The translations under genes were made by a program, and so were the position numbers. A stretch of 64,000 nucleotides of DNA from the NCBI RefSeq assembly GCF_963506605.1, contig NC_083279.1:33046001-33110000 (forward strand), in the 5' to 3' direction. The notes beneath the pieces are model-generated. The model had not been told where the DNA came from. It did not search any database and saw only the letters and a program-made list of their open reading frames with translations. The stretch comes from Zootoca vivipara. Its lineage: Eukaryota. Of this stretch, positions 1-11,158 are shown piece by piece (the first letter of the stretch is position 1; every line of letters begins with the position of its first letter).

Positions 1-312
1 GTATACTGCTTATAAGCCATTTTGGCATATAAATTGCATATAAAAGTAAAGCAAAAGTAAAAACAAAAAACAGTAACAGCAGCAGCTACAGCAGAAGGGG
101 CATTTCAGTCACAACACCCAGACAATGCACATTTCTTTCCTCTAACATTTCATTATAATCTGCTCTAGTTCCAATTTTTTTTGTGACTTGTTTTTATGTT
201 GTGTATACTGTATACATTAGCCTATCAATCTGTTTTACTGTATCTGTTTTTAGGTTTGCTTTTATTCTTCTTGTGTGAGCCATCCCAAAATTTGTTTTGT
301 GAGGCTTTATGC

Positions 313-443
313 CAGGCATCCCAAAACTTTGGCCCTCCAGATGTTTTGGACTACAATTCCCATCATCCTTGACCACTGGTCCAGTTAGCTAGGGATCATG
401 GGAGTTGTAGGCCAAAACATCTAGGGATGTTTGGGGATGCCTG
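313..443. mobile_element. Short palindromic hAT-type MITE
   Basis: TIR caggcatccc/gggatgcctg; 8-bp TSD ctttatgc (305-312, 444-451); internal fold-back. Confidence 0.9.
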
Positions 444-2292
444 CTTTATGCAAACACTTGGAAATGGATTATTATTAGTAGTAGATCATCTGAGTAGATC
501 AGTGAGAAAAGATCGTTTATTTTTATTTTTCTGGCCTGAGGAATTTCTATACTTTGTTAATTAAGGAGTAATTTTCATCCTTGCTGCAGTTTAACCTGGG
601 AAACTTACTGACATGTAAATAAAAAGCTATATACTGGGAGGGGAGAGAAAGCAAGCAGATACAAGTTCATTGCACCCGATACAGGTTATATCCATTTTTT
701 GCTAGCATAAAGCGCAAGGTAGGACACACTTGGTTTTGGTGGTCCTACCAACCTATGGTAGCGCTTTGTGGTCTACCCTAGTCTGTTGTTTGATGGTCTC
801 TCAATCTTCAGGAACAGTTTTTCAGGGGTGCAGCAGCTATAAAGGGAATTTGTAAAAACAGGATGCACCACCTGGTAGGAGTTCTGTTTGCTTGAAGTTC
901 CTAGTGGGTGTGCTTTCTGCTGGCACAAAGCTGCCCACTAGAAACAATCCTATAACTCTTCAATCACCAGGCGCTTATCTGCTTTATGTTTTCTCTTGCC
1001 ACTGTACCTCTTTCAAAACTCTTTCACCCATAATTGCTTAATAGGTGGTCGTGAAAAACTAGTTGTGGTGAGCTCAGAATTAATGCCTTCATTTCCCCCT
1101 GGTTTAATTAACTTGGAAGTCTTTACTTGAACACTGGACAGGACCTTTCATTTTAACTGGGTTTGCTTTGTATTCTCTTCCTACCCTTTTGCCTTATCAA
1201 GAAGCGATTTTGCTATGTCGAAATTACTTTTGCAATACGTACCCACACCCCTTCTATTCCTATCAGTTTTCAGTGAAATGCTGACATTTCCGGTTGCATG
1301 CATTACTCCACCCTTTACACCACAAGATATTCAAAACAAGCAATCAAGCATACACACAGGGATCATATTTCATGCAGTTTTCAAACACAGGGAAACAGAG
1401 TGGCATGTTAAATCCACTGTACCACCAGCAAGTGCAATGTTCAATATTAAAGTCCTCCATCGACTGCTGCCACTTTTCCTCTGGGGTCGGGGTAGAACCA
1501 AAGTCCTTTCTTTGCCAATGAAGGCTATCAACAACTCTTAGGTTGCACTATTAAACATATGAAAGAACATAGGGATGCATGGCCAAAAATGAGCTTATGA
1601 TTTGTCAGAAATGCATCAAAGACTGTGAGAGATGAATAAAATTATGCCTTGAATGCACTGATTCCCCCTTCTTTCTGCAGCACTCTGTTCACCCCCCCCC
1701 CACCCCACCAAAATATGTTCAAGATGATTGGGAGATCTCTGGACCACTGTAGTAGTAGACATATTTGAATAATTAGCATACAAGACCACATCATTAATAG
1801 CTATAGGAATCACCCTAATTTGAAGGGTGGCAGCTTCCATTAATATGTCACCAGCTTTGGCATATTTCCCCCCTACTATAGTTTTTGTTCGCTTGCTTGT
1901 TTAACCACGTCAGCTGTTGGTACAGTTTGTGAGCAGTTTGTGTGCCTTAGGAAAGAGACAATGGAACATACAGAAGTGGAATAAAACACACAACAGGCAG
2001 GCACAACTACTACGTCATGTTGTGCATGCTCCAAGGAACAGTTCTCCATCAAATACATTTTCCGTAACACATTTTGTTTCCTAGCTTTTCTAGATTATTT
2101 CCCCCCCCCTTTAAAAATATGAACACAATATTGTTTAAAGTATTTCTTCAAAAGAAGGATAGAACAAGTGTAGCATTTGCCACCCAAAAGACTTTGAATT
2201 AATCCAAACTGACGAGGGATTGAATGCTAGAATTGAACATTATGCCACAAAAGCTATAAAGGGGGGGGGGAGTGGGAGAGAAGAAAGCTTAC

Positions 2293-2461
2293 AATCTGAT
2301 CAGAAATGGATGGTTCACTTCTTTCAAGACCGCTTTTTCATTGTGCACATGCTGTTCTTGTTTTAGTCGAATGACATCTGGAATGCTCATTACTTTCAAT
2401 GCAAAGTAGCATTTGGCCGATTTCTCTTTCACCAGATGAACCCGCCCAAAAGTACCTGTCC
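2293..2461 (-). CDS. PRKX: PRKX exon 2 (kinase subdomains I-IV)
   Basis: Acceptor ttttcag|GG, donor TT|gtaag, 169 nt. Translates (G)TGTFGRVHLVKEKSAKCYFALKVMSIPDVIRLKQEQHVHNEKAVLKEVNHPFLIR(L): Gly-rich loop, catalytic Lys and the PRKX-type MSIPDVIRLKQEQHVHNEK. This frame is not in the ORF track. Confidence 0.97.
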
Positions 2462-2826
2462 CTGAAAATTAAAGAGCAAAATGTGTCAGTTGCAAAGAAC
2501 ATTATCTTGCAGTTAAGATGTATAAGGAATGTATAAATGCAACAAATCAATATAAAAGCAAGTGGCAGACATTATATATTCCTTCGTGGCTTTGGCCCTT
2601 CTAATCCTAAATATTTTGTGGCAATTTTAACAGGGAACAGGCTAAACAGTCTGCTCCCCCTACTCCCTCACGTCTACAGAAATCAAGGCAAATAGCTCTT
2701 TACCCGCCCCCTCCATCAACAGTGGCTAAAGCCCTTCCTTCAGATACCTCTATACTGCTCACTGCCTTTCCCTAGGTTTTGGGTTTGTGAATGGATGTGA
2801 GCATATCAGTTACCTAAGAAGCTACC

Positions 2827-3223
2827 TGTGGAGATCACACAGGGCCCCCAGTCTTTTCATGGACTATTGACCCTGTGCCACCACTGCTCCGCTGCCACGA
2901 ACCAGGACCCCCCTGGTAAATCACCGAGTCACAGTCAGGATTTTAAGATCAATGAAGAAACAAGTGTTTATTTTAAATACCAGCAAGCTCCAGGTATTAG
3001 TTTCACTGTTACGCATTACTTTCGATCTCAACTCTGTCATAATCTCACTCTCACCACTCTACCTCACCACCACCGAGTCCCATACACCAACCCACTCTCA
3101 ACTCTCAACACAACTGCCTCTGGGCTGGGTTTTTAAAGCCCCTAAGCTCCGCCTCTGGCTTCTTATTAACCCTTTCCCCACTCCTGCACATTTGTACTTC
3201 CCCAGGAATGGGCAAACGCCACA
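2827..3223 (-). mobile_element. Probable solo LTR (Gypsy/ERV-like)
   Basis: TGTGG...CCACA termini; 5-bp flanks ctacc/caacc (1 mismatch); minus-strand TATA-like and AATAAA motifs in LTR order. Confidence 0.55.
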
Positions 3224-3259
3224 CAACCATATACCAAGGTGGACCACTGGTGCATCCAC

Positions 3260-3380
3260 ATCAGGAGTAGACCATCAGATGTTGTGGACTACAACTCCCA
3301 TCACCCATGGTTGTTGGCTGTACTGACTGGGGCTGATGTAGTCCAAAACATCTGGAAGGGACTAAGTTGGCTATACCCCC
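3260..3380. mobile_element. Degraded palindromic MITE related to 313-443
   Basis: cagatgttgtggactacaactcccatca...tgtagtccaaaacatctgga core; ends eroded. Confidence 0.7.
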
Positions 3381-3605
3381 AATTTACGCTTATTGGTAGC
3401 AGCTCTTCAGGTTTTTTGACAGGACTCATTCCTAGTCCTCCTTGGAGATGTTGGGGCATTTTAAATGCTGGGTTTGTGAGCTATAGACCTCTATAATAGA
3501 CAGAATGTATCCAACCATATTTCTGTTGCTTGCTGTTCATACTAAGAAGAGGTACCTGAAGTGCTTTTTAACTCTCTCTCTCTGGTCAGGCTAGTTATCA
3601 GCATT

Positions 3606-3856
3606 CAGTGGAAACTCGGTTTACGAACGCAATCCATTCCATGGAGGCGTTCATAAACAGAGGCATTTGCTCCCCGAAGGCATGCTTTTGCACGTGCGCG
3701 AAGCGCTGATAGAGCGCTTCTGCGCATCTGTGAGCTGCGCAGAAGTGATCTGCGCATCCGACTCCGCGGCACCTGGATGTAAACACTTCTGGGTCTGCGG
3801 CGTTTGTAAACGGAGGCGTTCATAAACAGAGGTAGTTGTAAACCGAGGTTCCACTG
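3606..3856. mobile_element. Tc/mariner (Tigger/pogo-like) MITE
   Basis: TIR cagtggaaactcggtttac / gtaaaccgaggttccactg; TA at the right end (left flank reads TT). Confidence 0.85.
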
Positions 3857-4289
3857 TACTGAAAAGCACACAGGGTGGCTTTGTCTGCACAAAAAATTGT
3901 GTTTCTCTTTCTGTGTTGCAGTAGCAGGGAGGGATCGGAAATGGGAAGAGCTAGATGCAACCATTATGTTTTCTCCCTCACTCTAGAAATTGCTGCTCAG
4001 AGTAAAGTTGCACATTGCATATATTTTATATTGTTTATCTGGAATTAAACATTTTGTGGAGTCTGATATATATGAGAGAAAGTAAAATTAAAAAAAAAGC
4101 ATTGCAGGACATTGTGCACTGGAATATTCATACCCTGCTTGTTTACAGAGGTCCTTGCAGCAGCTTACAAAATATCTAAAAACACAATGAAACAGCTAGT
4201 AGCACAACTGTTAGTAATGCAGGGCAAATGCATGTAAAAGCTTTCCTCCCAGTCGAACTGCCACTCAGCAGCAGGAACTCCTGGCCTGG

Positions 4290-4524
4290 AAATACCTCCA
4301 CTGTTGGAGGCAGCATGTCTCTAAATAAGGAGGCAGCATGTCTCTGAATAAGGAGGCAGCATGTCTCTGAATATGAGCTGCTGGGAACCACCAGTGGAAA
4401 GTATGCTGCTGAGCTCAGGTGCTGCTTGTGAGCTTCACACAGGAATCTGGTTGGCTGTTGCGAGGAAAGGATGCTGGACTAGATGGACCACTGGCTAATC
4501 CAGCAGGCTTTTCTTATCTTCTTA
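4290..4524 (+). mobile_element. CR1 LINE 3' UTR fragment containing a 23-bp unit repeated three times
   Basis: gctggactagatggaccactggctaatccagcaggcttttcttatcttctta is a CR1-type 3' end; ggaggcagcatgtctct(a/g)aataa occurs three times at about 4307-4372. Confidence 0.7.
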
Positions 4525-4618
4525 TTGCTGCAAGATGGGCCAGCAGCCAGATGTTAATCCCTCACAGACCAGGGTTTCCACAGCCTCTGGCCCTAGTGGC
4601 AGCTGAACAATACATTTG

Positions 4619-4721
4619 TTTCTGACGCTGCAGACATTTTGGACACGGGCACCGTGGCGCTGGAAATCGCTTCTGCGTGTGTCCAGACGCGATTTTCAGC
4701 TTCCGAAAATTGGCGCTGCAG
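4619..4721 (-). mobile_element. Internal fragment of a hAT MITE, no TIRs, flanked by a 12-bp direct repeat
   Basis: Reverse complement closely matches about 27866-27960; direct repeat acaatacatttg at 4607-4618 and 4722-4733. Confidence 0.8.
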
Positions 4722-5197
4722 ACAATACATTTGGGGAGCCAAGCTGCCATAACCCTCTTCACAGTCCTCAGACCATTTATATTCCATGTCAAACATATAT
4801 TGCCCATAGATTGGATATCCACCCTCAGTATCGCTTGCAGAACAATATCCCTTGGTTATTAGTCACTTTCTTCACAATTCTCTCAACAAATCCAATTAAT
4901 TTAAGGAGGAGCAGATGGAACAGCTTCTGTACACCAGCATTAAAAAGACACACAGAGAGACAAAGAAAATCTGCAGTTGGATTTAGTTAGCAAGCATTCC
5001 AGTAGATGAGCAGCACACTGTTATAAACACGGAGCAGCCTACAACTATCTTTCGCTAGCTAAGAAACTCAAGAGGCATGCTTCTGCAGTGAGATGCATTC
5101 CATTTGAAAAAAGCTAGCTGTCTACAGAGCACTTAATACCAAGGATAAGGTTATCAGTTGAAGAGGTACAAAACCAAACTGGGAGCGAAGCAGGCAA

Positions 5198-5288
5198 CAC
5201 AGCTGCCAAGTTTTCCCTTTTCTCGTGAGGAAGCCTATTCAGCATAATGGAATTTCCCTTAAAAAAAAGGGAGAACTTGGCAGCTATG
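5198..5288 (-). mobile_element. About 90-bp hAT MITE (catagctgccaag family)
   Basis: TIR ca(c/t)agctgccaagtt; 8-bp TSD gcaggcaa (5190-5197, 5289-5296). Confidence 0.9.
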
Positions 5289-5550
5289 GCAGGCAATATT
5301 TAAGCATTGTAATTTAAAAGCACTTGAGATTCCATATCACAATGTGGTATGTTTCCTAGTTATGAGTAGAGTAAACCTTGATTCATACGAATAGCAATGT
5401 AGTGGCGCTTTTATGTGGAACCACAGACAAGCTGCTCTGTGCAGAAACATGATCACATTAAATGACTCAGCACCTGGTTCTGGCACCAGGCAGAAAATGT
5501 TCCTCCATAATCTGGCCTCTGACTGATTAAACAATCATATGGCCTCTTAA

Positions 5551-7300
5551 CAGAAATAGAGGAAAACAATAGAATGGGGAAAACCAGAGATCTGTTCAAG
5601 AAAATTGGAGATATGAAAGGAACATTTCGTACAAAGATTACCATAATCAAGGACAAAAGTGGTAAGGACCTAACAGAAGCAGAAGACATCAAGAAGAGGT
5701 GGCAAGAATACACAGAGGAATTATACCAGAAAGATATGGAGGTCTCGTACACCTCAGGTAGTGTGGTTGCTGACCTTGAGCCAGACATCTTGGAGAGTGA
5801 AGTCAAATGGGCCTTAGAAAGCATTGCTAATAACAAGGCCAGTGGAAGTGATGATATTCCAGCTGAACTGTTTAAAATTTTAAAAGATGATGCTGTTAAG
5901 GTGCTACACCCAATATGCCAGCAAGTTTGGAAAACTCAGCAATGGCCAGAGGATTGGAGAAGATCAGTCTACATCCCAATTCCAAAGAAGGGCAGTGCCA
6001 AAGAATGCTGCAACTACCGCACAATTGCGCTCATTTCACACGCTAGCAAGGTTATGCTTAAAATTCTACAAGGCAGGCTTAGGCAGTATGTGGACCGAGA
6101 ACTCCCAGAAGTGCAAGCTGGATTTCGAAAGGGCAGAGGAACCAGAGACCAAATAGCAAACATGCGCTGGATTATGGAGAAAGCTAGAGAGTTCCAGAAA
6201 AACGTCTACTTCTGCTTCATTGACTATGCAAAAGCCTTTGACTGTGTCGACCACAGCAAACTATGGCAAGTTCTTAAAGAAATGGGAGTGCCTGATCACC
6301 TCATCTGTCTCCTGAGAAATCTCTATGTGGGACAAGAAGCTACAGTTAGAACTGGATATGGAACAACTGATTGGTTCAAAATTGGGAAAGGAGTACGACA
6401 AGGTTGTATATTGTCTCCCTGCTTATTTAACTTATATGCAGAATTCATCATGCGAAAGGCTGGACTAGATGAATCCCAAGCCGGAATTAAGATTGCTGGA
6501 AGAAATATCAACAACCTCAGATATGCAGATGACACAACCTTGATGGCAGAAAGCGAGGAGGAATTAAAGAACCTTTTAATGAGGGTGAAAGAGGAGAGCG
6601 CAAAATATGGTCTGAAGCTCAACATCAAAAAAACCAAGATCATGGCCACTGGTCCCATCACCTCCTGGCAAATAGAAGGGGAAGAAATGGAGGCAGTGAG
6701 AGATTTTACTTTCTTGGGCTCCTTGATCACTGCAGATGGTGACAGCAGTCACGAAATTAAAAGACGCCTGCTTCTTGGGAGAAAAGCAATGACAAACCTA
6801 GACAGCATCTTAAAAAGCAGAGACATCACCTTGCCGACAAAGGTCCGTATAGTTAAAGCTATGGTTTTCCCAGTAGTGATGTATGGAAGTGAGAGTTGGA
6901 CCATAAAGAAGGCTGATCGCCGAAGAATTGATGCTTTTGAATTATGGTGCTGGAGGAGACTCTTGAGAGTCCCATGGACTGCAAGAAGATCAAACCTATC
7001 CATTCTTAAGGAAATCAGCCCTGAGTGCTCCCTGGAAGGACGGATCGTGAAGCTGAGGCTCCAATACTTTGGCCACCTCATGAGAAGAGAAGAATCCTTG
7101 GAAAAGACCCTGATGTTGGGAAAGATTGAGGGCACTAGGAGAAGGGGACGACAGAGGACAAGATGGTTGGACAGTGTTCTCGAAGCTACGAACATGAGTT
7201 TGACCAAACTGCGGGAGGCAGTGCAAGACAGGAGTGCCTGGCGTGCTATGGTCCATGGGGTCACGAAGAGTCGGACATGACTAAACGACTAAACAACAAC
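5551..7300 (+). mobile_element. Bov-B (RTE clade) LINE, 5'-truncated, RT domain open (ORF 5574-7280)
   Basis: 568-aa ORF with FIDYAKAFD, GVRQGCILSP and YADD; (CAA)n tail; 12-bp TSD atggcctcttaa (5539-5550, 7301-7312). Endonuclease absent. A CGA>TGA change removes the last four residues relative to the other copies. Confidence 0.97.
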
Positions 7301-7688
7301 ATGGCCTCTTAAATGTGTTTGTGGAATTGTTCTTTTGGTTTTTCTGTTTGCTTGTTTTTATTATGTTAACATCTTTTGCATTTAAATTTCTGTACTTTTA
7401 TGCTGTAAACTGCCCTGTGATTTTTGGATGAAGGGTGGTTTAAAAATTTAATAAAATAAATAAATACTGCCATCTCTATTCTTGGATTGTAGCAATGTGT
7501 CGGAAATAAAGCCTAGTTCTGCCTTCCCAAACTTCGTAGACTCAATGACCCATTGATGAGCTTGTAAAGTTGTCATCAACCTCAACCCAAATTATTAGGA
7601 ATGTACATGAAATAGTCAAGAAATATCTATCCATCTATCTATGGTATCTATAATCAACATTTATTAATCACCAATAAAAATGTGGGTG

Positions 7689-8060
7689 TTTTTTTTTAAA
7701 AAAATATTTTTATTAAGATTTTCAAACATAACAGAAAAATAATAAAATAAGTAATAAACATATTTCCAACTGTATATAACCTCATCAAACATATGTATAT
7801 GAAAGGAAGAAAAAAATAAAAAATAAAAGATTTAACAATTCATAGTCTTATAATTCATAATTCAATAATAGACCTCCTCGAGTACCCTTTCTAACGGTTC
7901 ATTACTTATACATACACATGCACATATATATGGAAGTAAAACAAGTGAAAATAATGATACCGTATTTTTCATTTTCCCTAATGAGATAGTAGACAGAGGT
8001 TCCTTTTGTACATGTCCACGCTCTCTGTTTCCAAGGCTCAAAGTTCATAATTAAATTTTC
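7689..8060 (-). mobile_element. Possible L1-type 3' UTR relic
   Basis: Poly-T followed by tttatt and A-rich sequence, the same layout as the L1 3' end at 59012-59515; no TSD found. Confidence 0.4.
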
Positions 8061-8068
8061 ACACTATA

Positions 8069-8321
8069 CAGTGGTCCCTCGACTTGCGAACTTAATCCGT
8101 TCCGAATGCACATTCGTAGGTCGAAAAGCTCGTAAGTCGAAATGCGGCTTCCCATAAGGAAAAAAAAAATCGGAAAAATTCATTATGTCGAGGAAACCGC
8201 ATTTAAAGCTGCCAACGGTTTCCATTCGGATGTAGAAAAATTTGTAAGCGTGTGGCCATTTGTCCCGTTTGTAAGTCGAAACCTACGGATGTCGAGTCAT
8301 TCCTAAGTCGAGGGACCACTG
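8069..8321. mobile_element. Tc/mariner (Tigger/pogo-like) MITE
   Basis: Perfect 17-bp TIR cagtggtccctcgactt; TA TSD on both sides. Confidence 0.92.
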
Positions 8322-9123
8322 TACTTCTTTTCTACCCCATGCCCTTTTTAACACCCCCATTTCATCCCCTGCCCAGTCCCACTGTCCCCAGGGAGTCAAT
8401 ATCAACCACTAAAATAGATGGAATAGACAGAGGACAAAAGTCTTGGTTTGAAAATAAATTCATAGGAAATTATGGATGCATTCTATACTTATAGCACCCA
8501 TTATAACACAAAAGGATGTCATATAATGTACTTCCTGTCTTGCCATCTTCATTTTGATAGCTGAGAATACAGCAGCCAATTATTACACCATTGTTTACCT
8601 CATTAGGAAGTTTCTTTGTTTTACACTTGTCATACTGTATTTTTATGCTTACACAGAGTGAGATCTATAATAGTTTTTTTTAAGGTATTAATGCTGAATG
8701 CAAGATTTAAACTAGTGATTATAATCTTCTGAAGCACATCAAAATCCTGTTCTCTAAAATAAGGTAGTTCAAATTAATGAGGAGGACAGAAGCTGAAAGC
8801 AGAAGCTTCTCTGAGGCAAACGTCAAGGTTAAAAAAGGCACATCCATCTTCCACCACACCCACATATTAATTCTTAAAAATACAGCATCATTGGTTAATC
8901 ATAGCTATAATGCAAGTACATAGAGGGGGAACATCTATGTGAAGCTGCACAGATGAATGGATAAGAGCTTAACACTTGTGGCATTTTCAGCCCTAAGTGG
9001 AAAGCTCCACCCTATGAAGTCAAATCATAACTCTGATTAAGATTCTTCAACTTAAAAGATTAAACAGAATCTCACCACAGACCGATCCTGAGGTGAAGAT
9101 TTCCTGCTATGCAACTTAGATAG

Positions 9124-9378
9124 CAAAATAAAAAAATTCCTTCAGTAGCACCTTAAAGACCAACTAAGTTTATATTTTGGTATGAGCTTTCGTGTGCATG
9201 CACACTTCTTCAGAAGAAGTGTGCATGCACACGAAGAAGTGTGCATGCACACGAAGAAGTGTGCATGCACACGAAAGCTCATACCAAAATATAAACTTAG
9301 TTGGTCTTTAAGGTGCTACTGAAGGAATTTTTTTATTTTGCTTCGACTCAGACCAACACGGCTACCTACCTGTAACTA
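9124..9378. mobile_element. Penelope-like element pLTR remnant in inverted arrangement, with hammerhead ribozyme motif
   Basis: About 90-bp perfect inverted arms (9122-9211 / 9253-9342); core CTGAAGA-a-gtgtgcatgcacac-GAAAgcTC-atacc on the minus strand; 12-bp TSD caacttagatag (9112-9123, 9379-9390). Confidence 0.85.
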
Positions 9379-9577
9379 CAACTTAGATAGATTTGCTATA
9401 TGAATCTGCATGCTTAAATTTTTTAGCTCGCTTCTCTCAGTTATATACTTTTTAAATGGTTTTCAATGAGGTACAATGCATGCATGATAAAACAGTTGTC
9501 TATACTGTATACCAAATACTCCCGATAAATAAGTCATTATGCTTTAAAACAGAGGTGTACAATCTAAGGTCCCAGGG

Positions 9578-10154
9578 CATGGGCGTACCCAGGATCAAAA
9601 CTAGGGGGGGCAAGGGGAGGGGCCAAGGCACGGAAGGGGAGGGGCCACAAAGTGGGTGGGAATGGCGAACTCGCGCTCCGCTGGGCTGTGCCCCTCCCTA
9701 GAAGCAGGGCTGGTGGGCGGAGGCGGAGCCCAGCCCAGCGGAGCGCGAGTTCAGCGTTCCCGCCCGCCGCGCCACACTCTCTGGTTCCCCGCCGTGCTTG
9801 GCCTTGCCAGAGGGCGCGACGGGGAGCTGGAGGGAGGGCGCAGCGCGGCGGGCGGGAACAGCGAACTCGTGCTCCGCCGGGCTGTGCCCCTCCCTAGAAG
9901 CAGGGCTGGTGGGCGGAGGCGGAGCCCAGCCCAGCGGAGCACGAGTTCGGCGTTCCCGCCCACCGCGCCGCGCTCCCTGGTTCCCCGCCGCGCTTGGCCT
10001 TGCCTGAGGGCGCGCCGGGGAGCTGGAGGGAGGGTGCGGCGTGGCGGGAATGGCGAACTCGCGCTCCGCCGGGCTGTGCTCCGCCTCTGCCCACCAGCCC
10101 TGCTTCTAGAGTAGGGCAGCTGCCCTAACTTGCCCCATGGTGGGTACGCCCTTG
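9578..10154. mobile_element. GC-rich hAT-type MITE with internal tandem units of about 196 bp
   Basis: TIR ca(t/a)gggcgtaccca; 8-bp TSD tcccaggg (9570-9577, 10155-10162). Confidence 0.9.
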
Positions 10155-11043
10155 TCCCAGGGAGAAAATGTTGCCCTTGGGTCTAGCTTTGTGATGGTAG
10201 CTAGGAAAATGGGGTGTCACAAAGAAAGTGGGGTGGCAACCATAATATAATCAGGACCACACAAATGTATAGCCCTCTATGCAGAACTGCTAAAGAGTTA
10301 TTTAACACACTTGTCAAGAACCAAACAGGGGGAAACTGTAGCCATGAAAAGTCATGAAATACTGAAAAAGCCTTCTAAATGCAAACTGATTTGACAGCAG
10401 TAGCTGCCTTATCACATCCTTCTTGAGCTACAGTGCTTTGATTTAAACATAGAAACTATAAACAGCGTTCAGAAAAGGCTTCTTAACATATTCAACTATG
10501 TCATCTAACTACCCTGGGAAATTGAACATGTGATTAAATCCCTTAATACTGTACTGTTGTCACGTTGCATGCAGATACCAGTAAACAACCTTGTTTTCAC
10601 GGTGGGCTTGCAACACAATAATAATTAATTCGGTCAACACTGTACCCGAGTAACACAACTGAAACAATTATCTATGCAGTTGTGAGTCATTTACAGGTTT
10701 AAATAGTGGAAGAGTTAAGAGTTCAACTTTTTAAACATAGTTCTGCTGCCAATTGTTAAGTAGACACTTAAAAAAATCATTACATAGTAGCAAAGCAGTG
10801 TGAAGAAGCTGTTATAGGAGAAATAGGTTTGTTACAGAAGCATTTGCAAAAATATGTGTGCATTTCTGAAAGTCAAATGATGCCAACAGTCCGATGTTTA
10901 CAGGATTCTGTGATTTGGGAAACACTAAAACAAGGCACTTTATGTGAGCCTCTTCATTTGCAAGAGTCTGAATGTGCAAACCAATAATTCTCATGTTGAT
11001 TAAAATGGTTTCAGGCACTTCATGCAAAGTGAGAACAACAATT

Positions 11044-11158
11044 CCGTTGGGTCATCTAGTTCAACCCCCTGCAATGCAGGAATATTTTGCCCAACATGGG
11101 GCTTGAACCCATGACCCTGAGATTAGGATTCTCATGCTCTAACAACTGAAATGCCAGC
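11044..11158 (-). mobile_element. tRNA-Lys-derived SINE with CR1-like 3' end
   Basis: Minus strand tcagttgttagagcatgagaatcctaatctcagggtcatgggttcaagccccatgttgggc resembles a decayed tRNA-Lys, followed by ttcctgcattgcagggggttgaactagatgaccc. Confidence 0.8.

Noticed and set aside
1380-1850. Faint L1 C-terminal-like (HWQRK..PTPEEKW) and RT-like minus-strand peptides
   Set aside because: Too degraded to assign; probably old LINE debris.
2338-2550. 70-aa minus ORF in the track
   Set aside because: Wrong frame; the real coding sequence is PRKX exon 2 in another frame.
6749-7264. Recurrent antisense ORF MTPWTIARQALLS... (also at 14687, 47253, 53290)
   Set aside because: Shadow of Bov-B; it recurs only because the copies are nearly identical.
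9213-9272. CRISPR-like palindromic direct repeats
   Set aside because: Exact tandem 20-mers with no spacers, no cas genes and a vertebrate context; explained as duplicated hammerhead stem II.
11088-11158. tRNA-Lys gene
   Set aside because: Anticodon arm and acceptor stem are decayed and it is fused to a CR1-like tail, so it is a SINE head.
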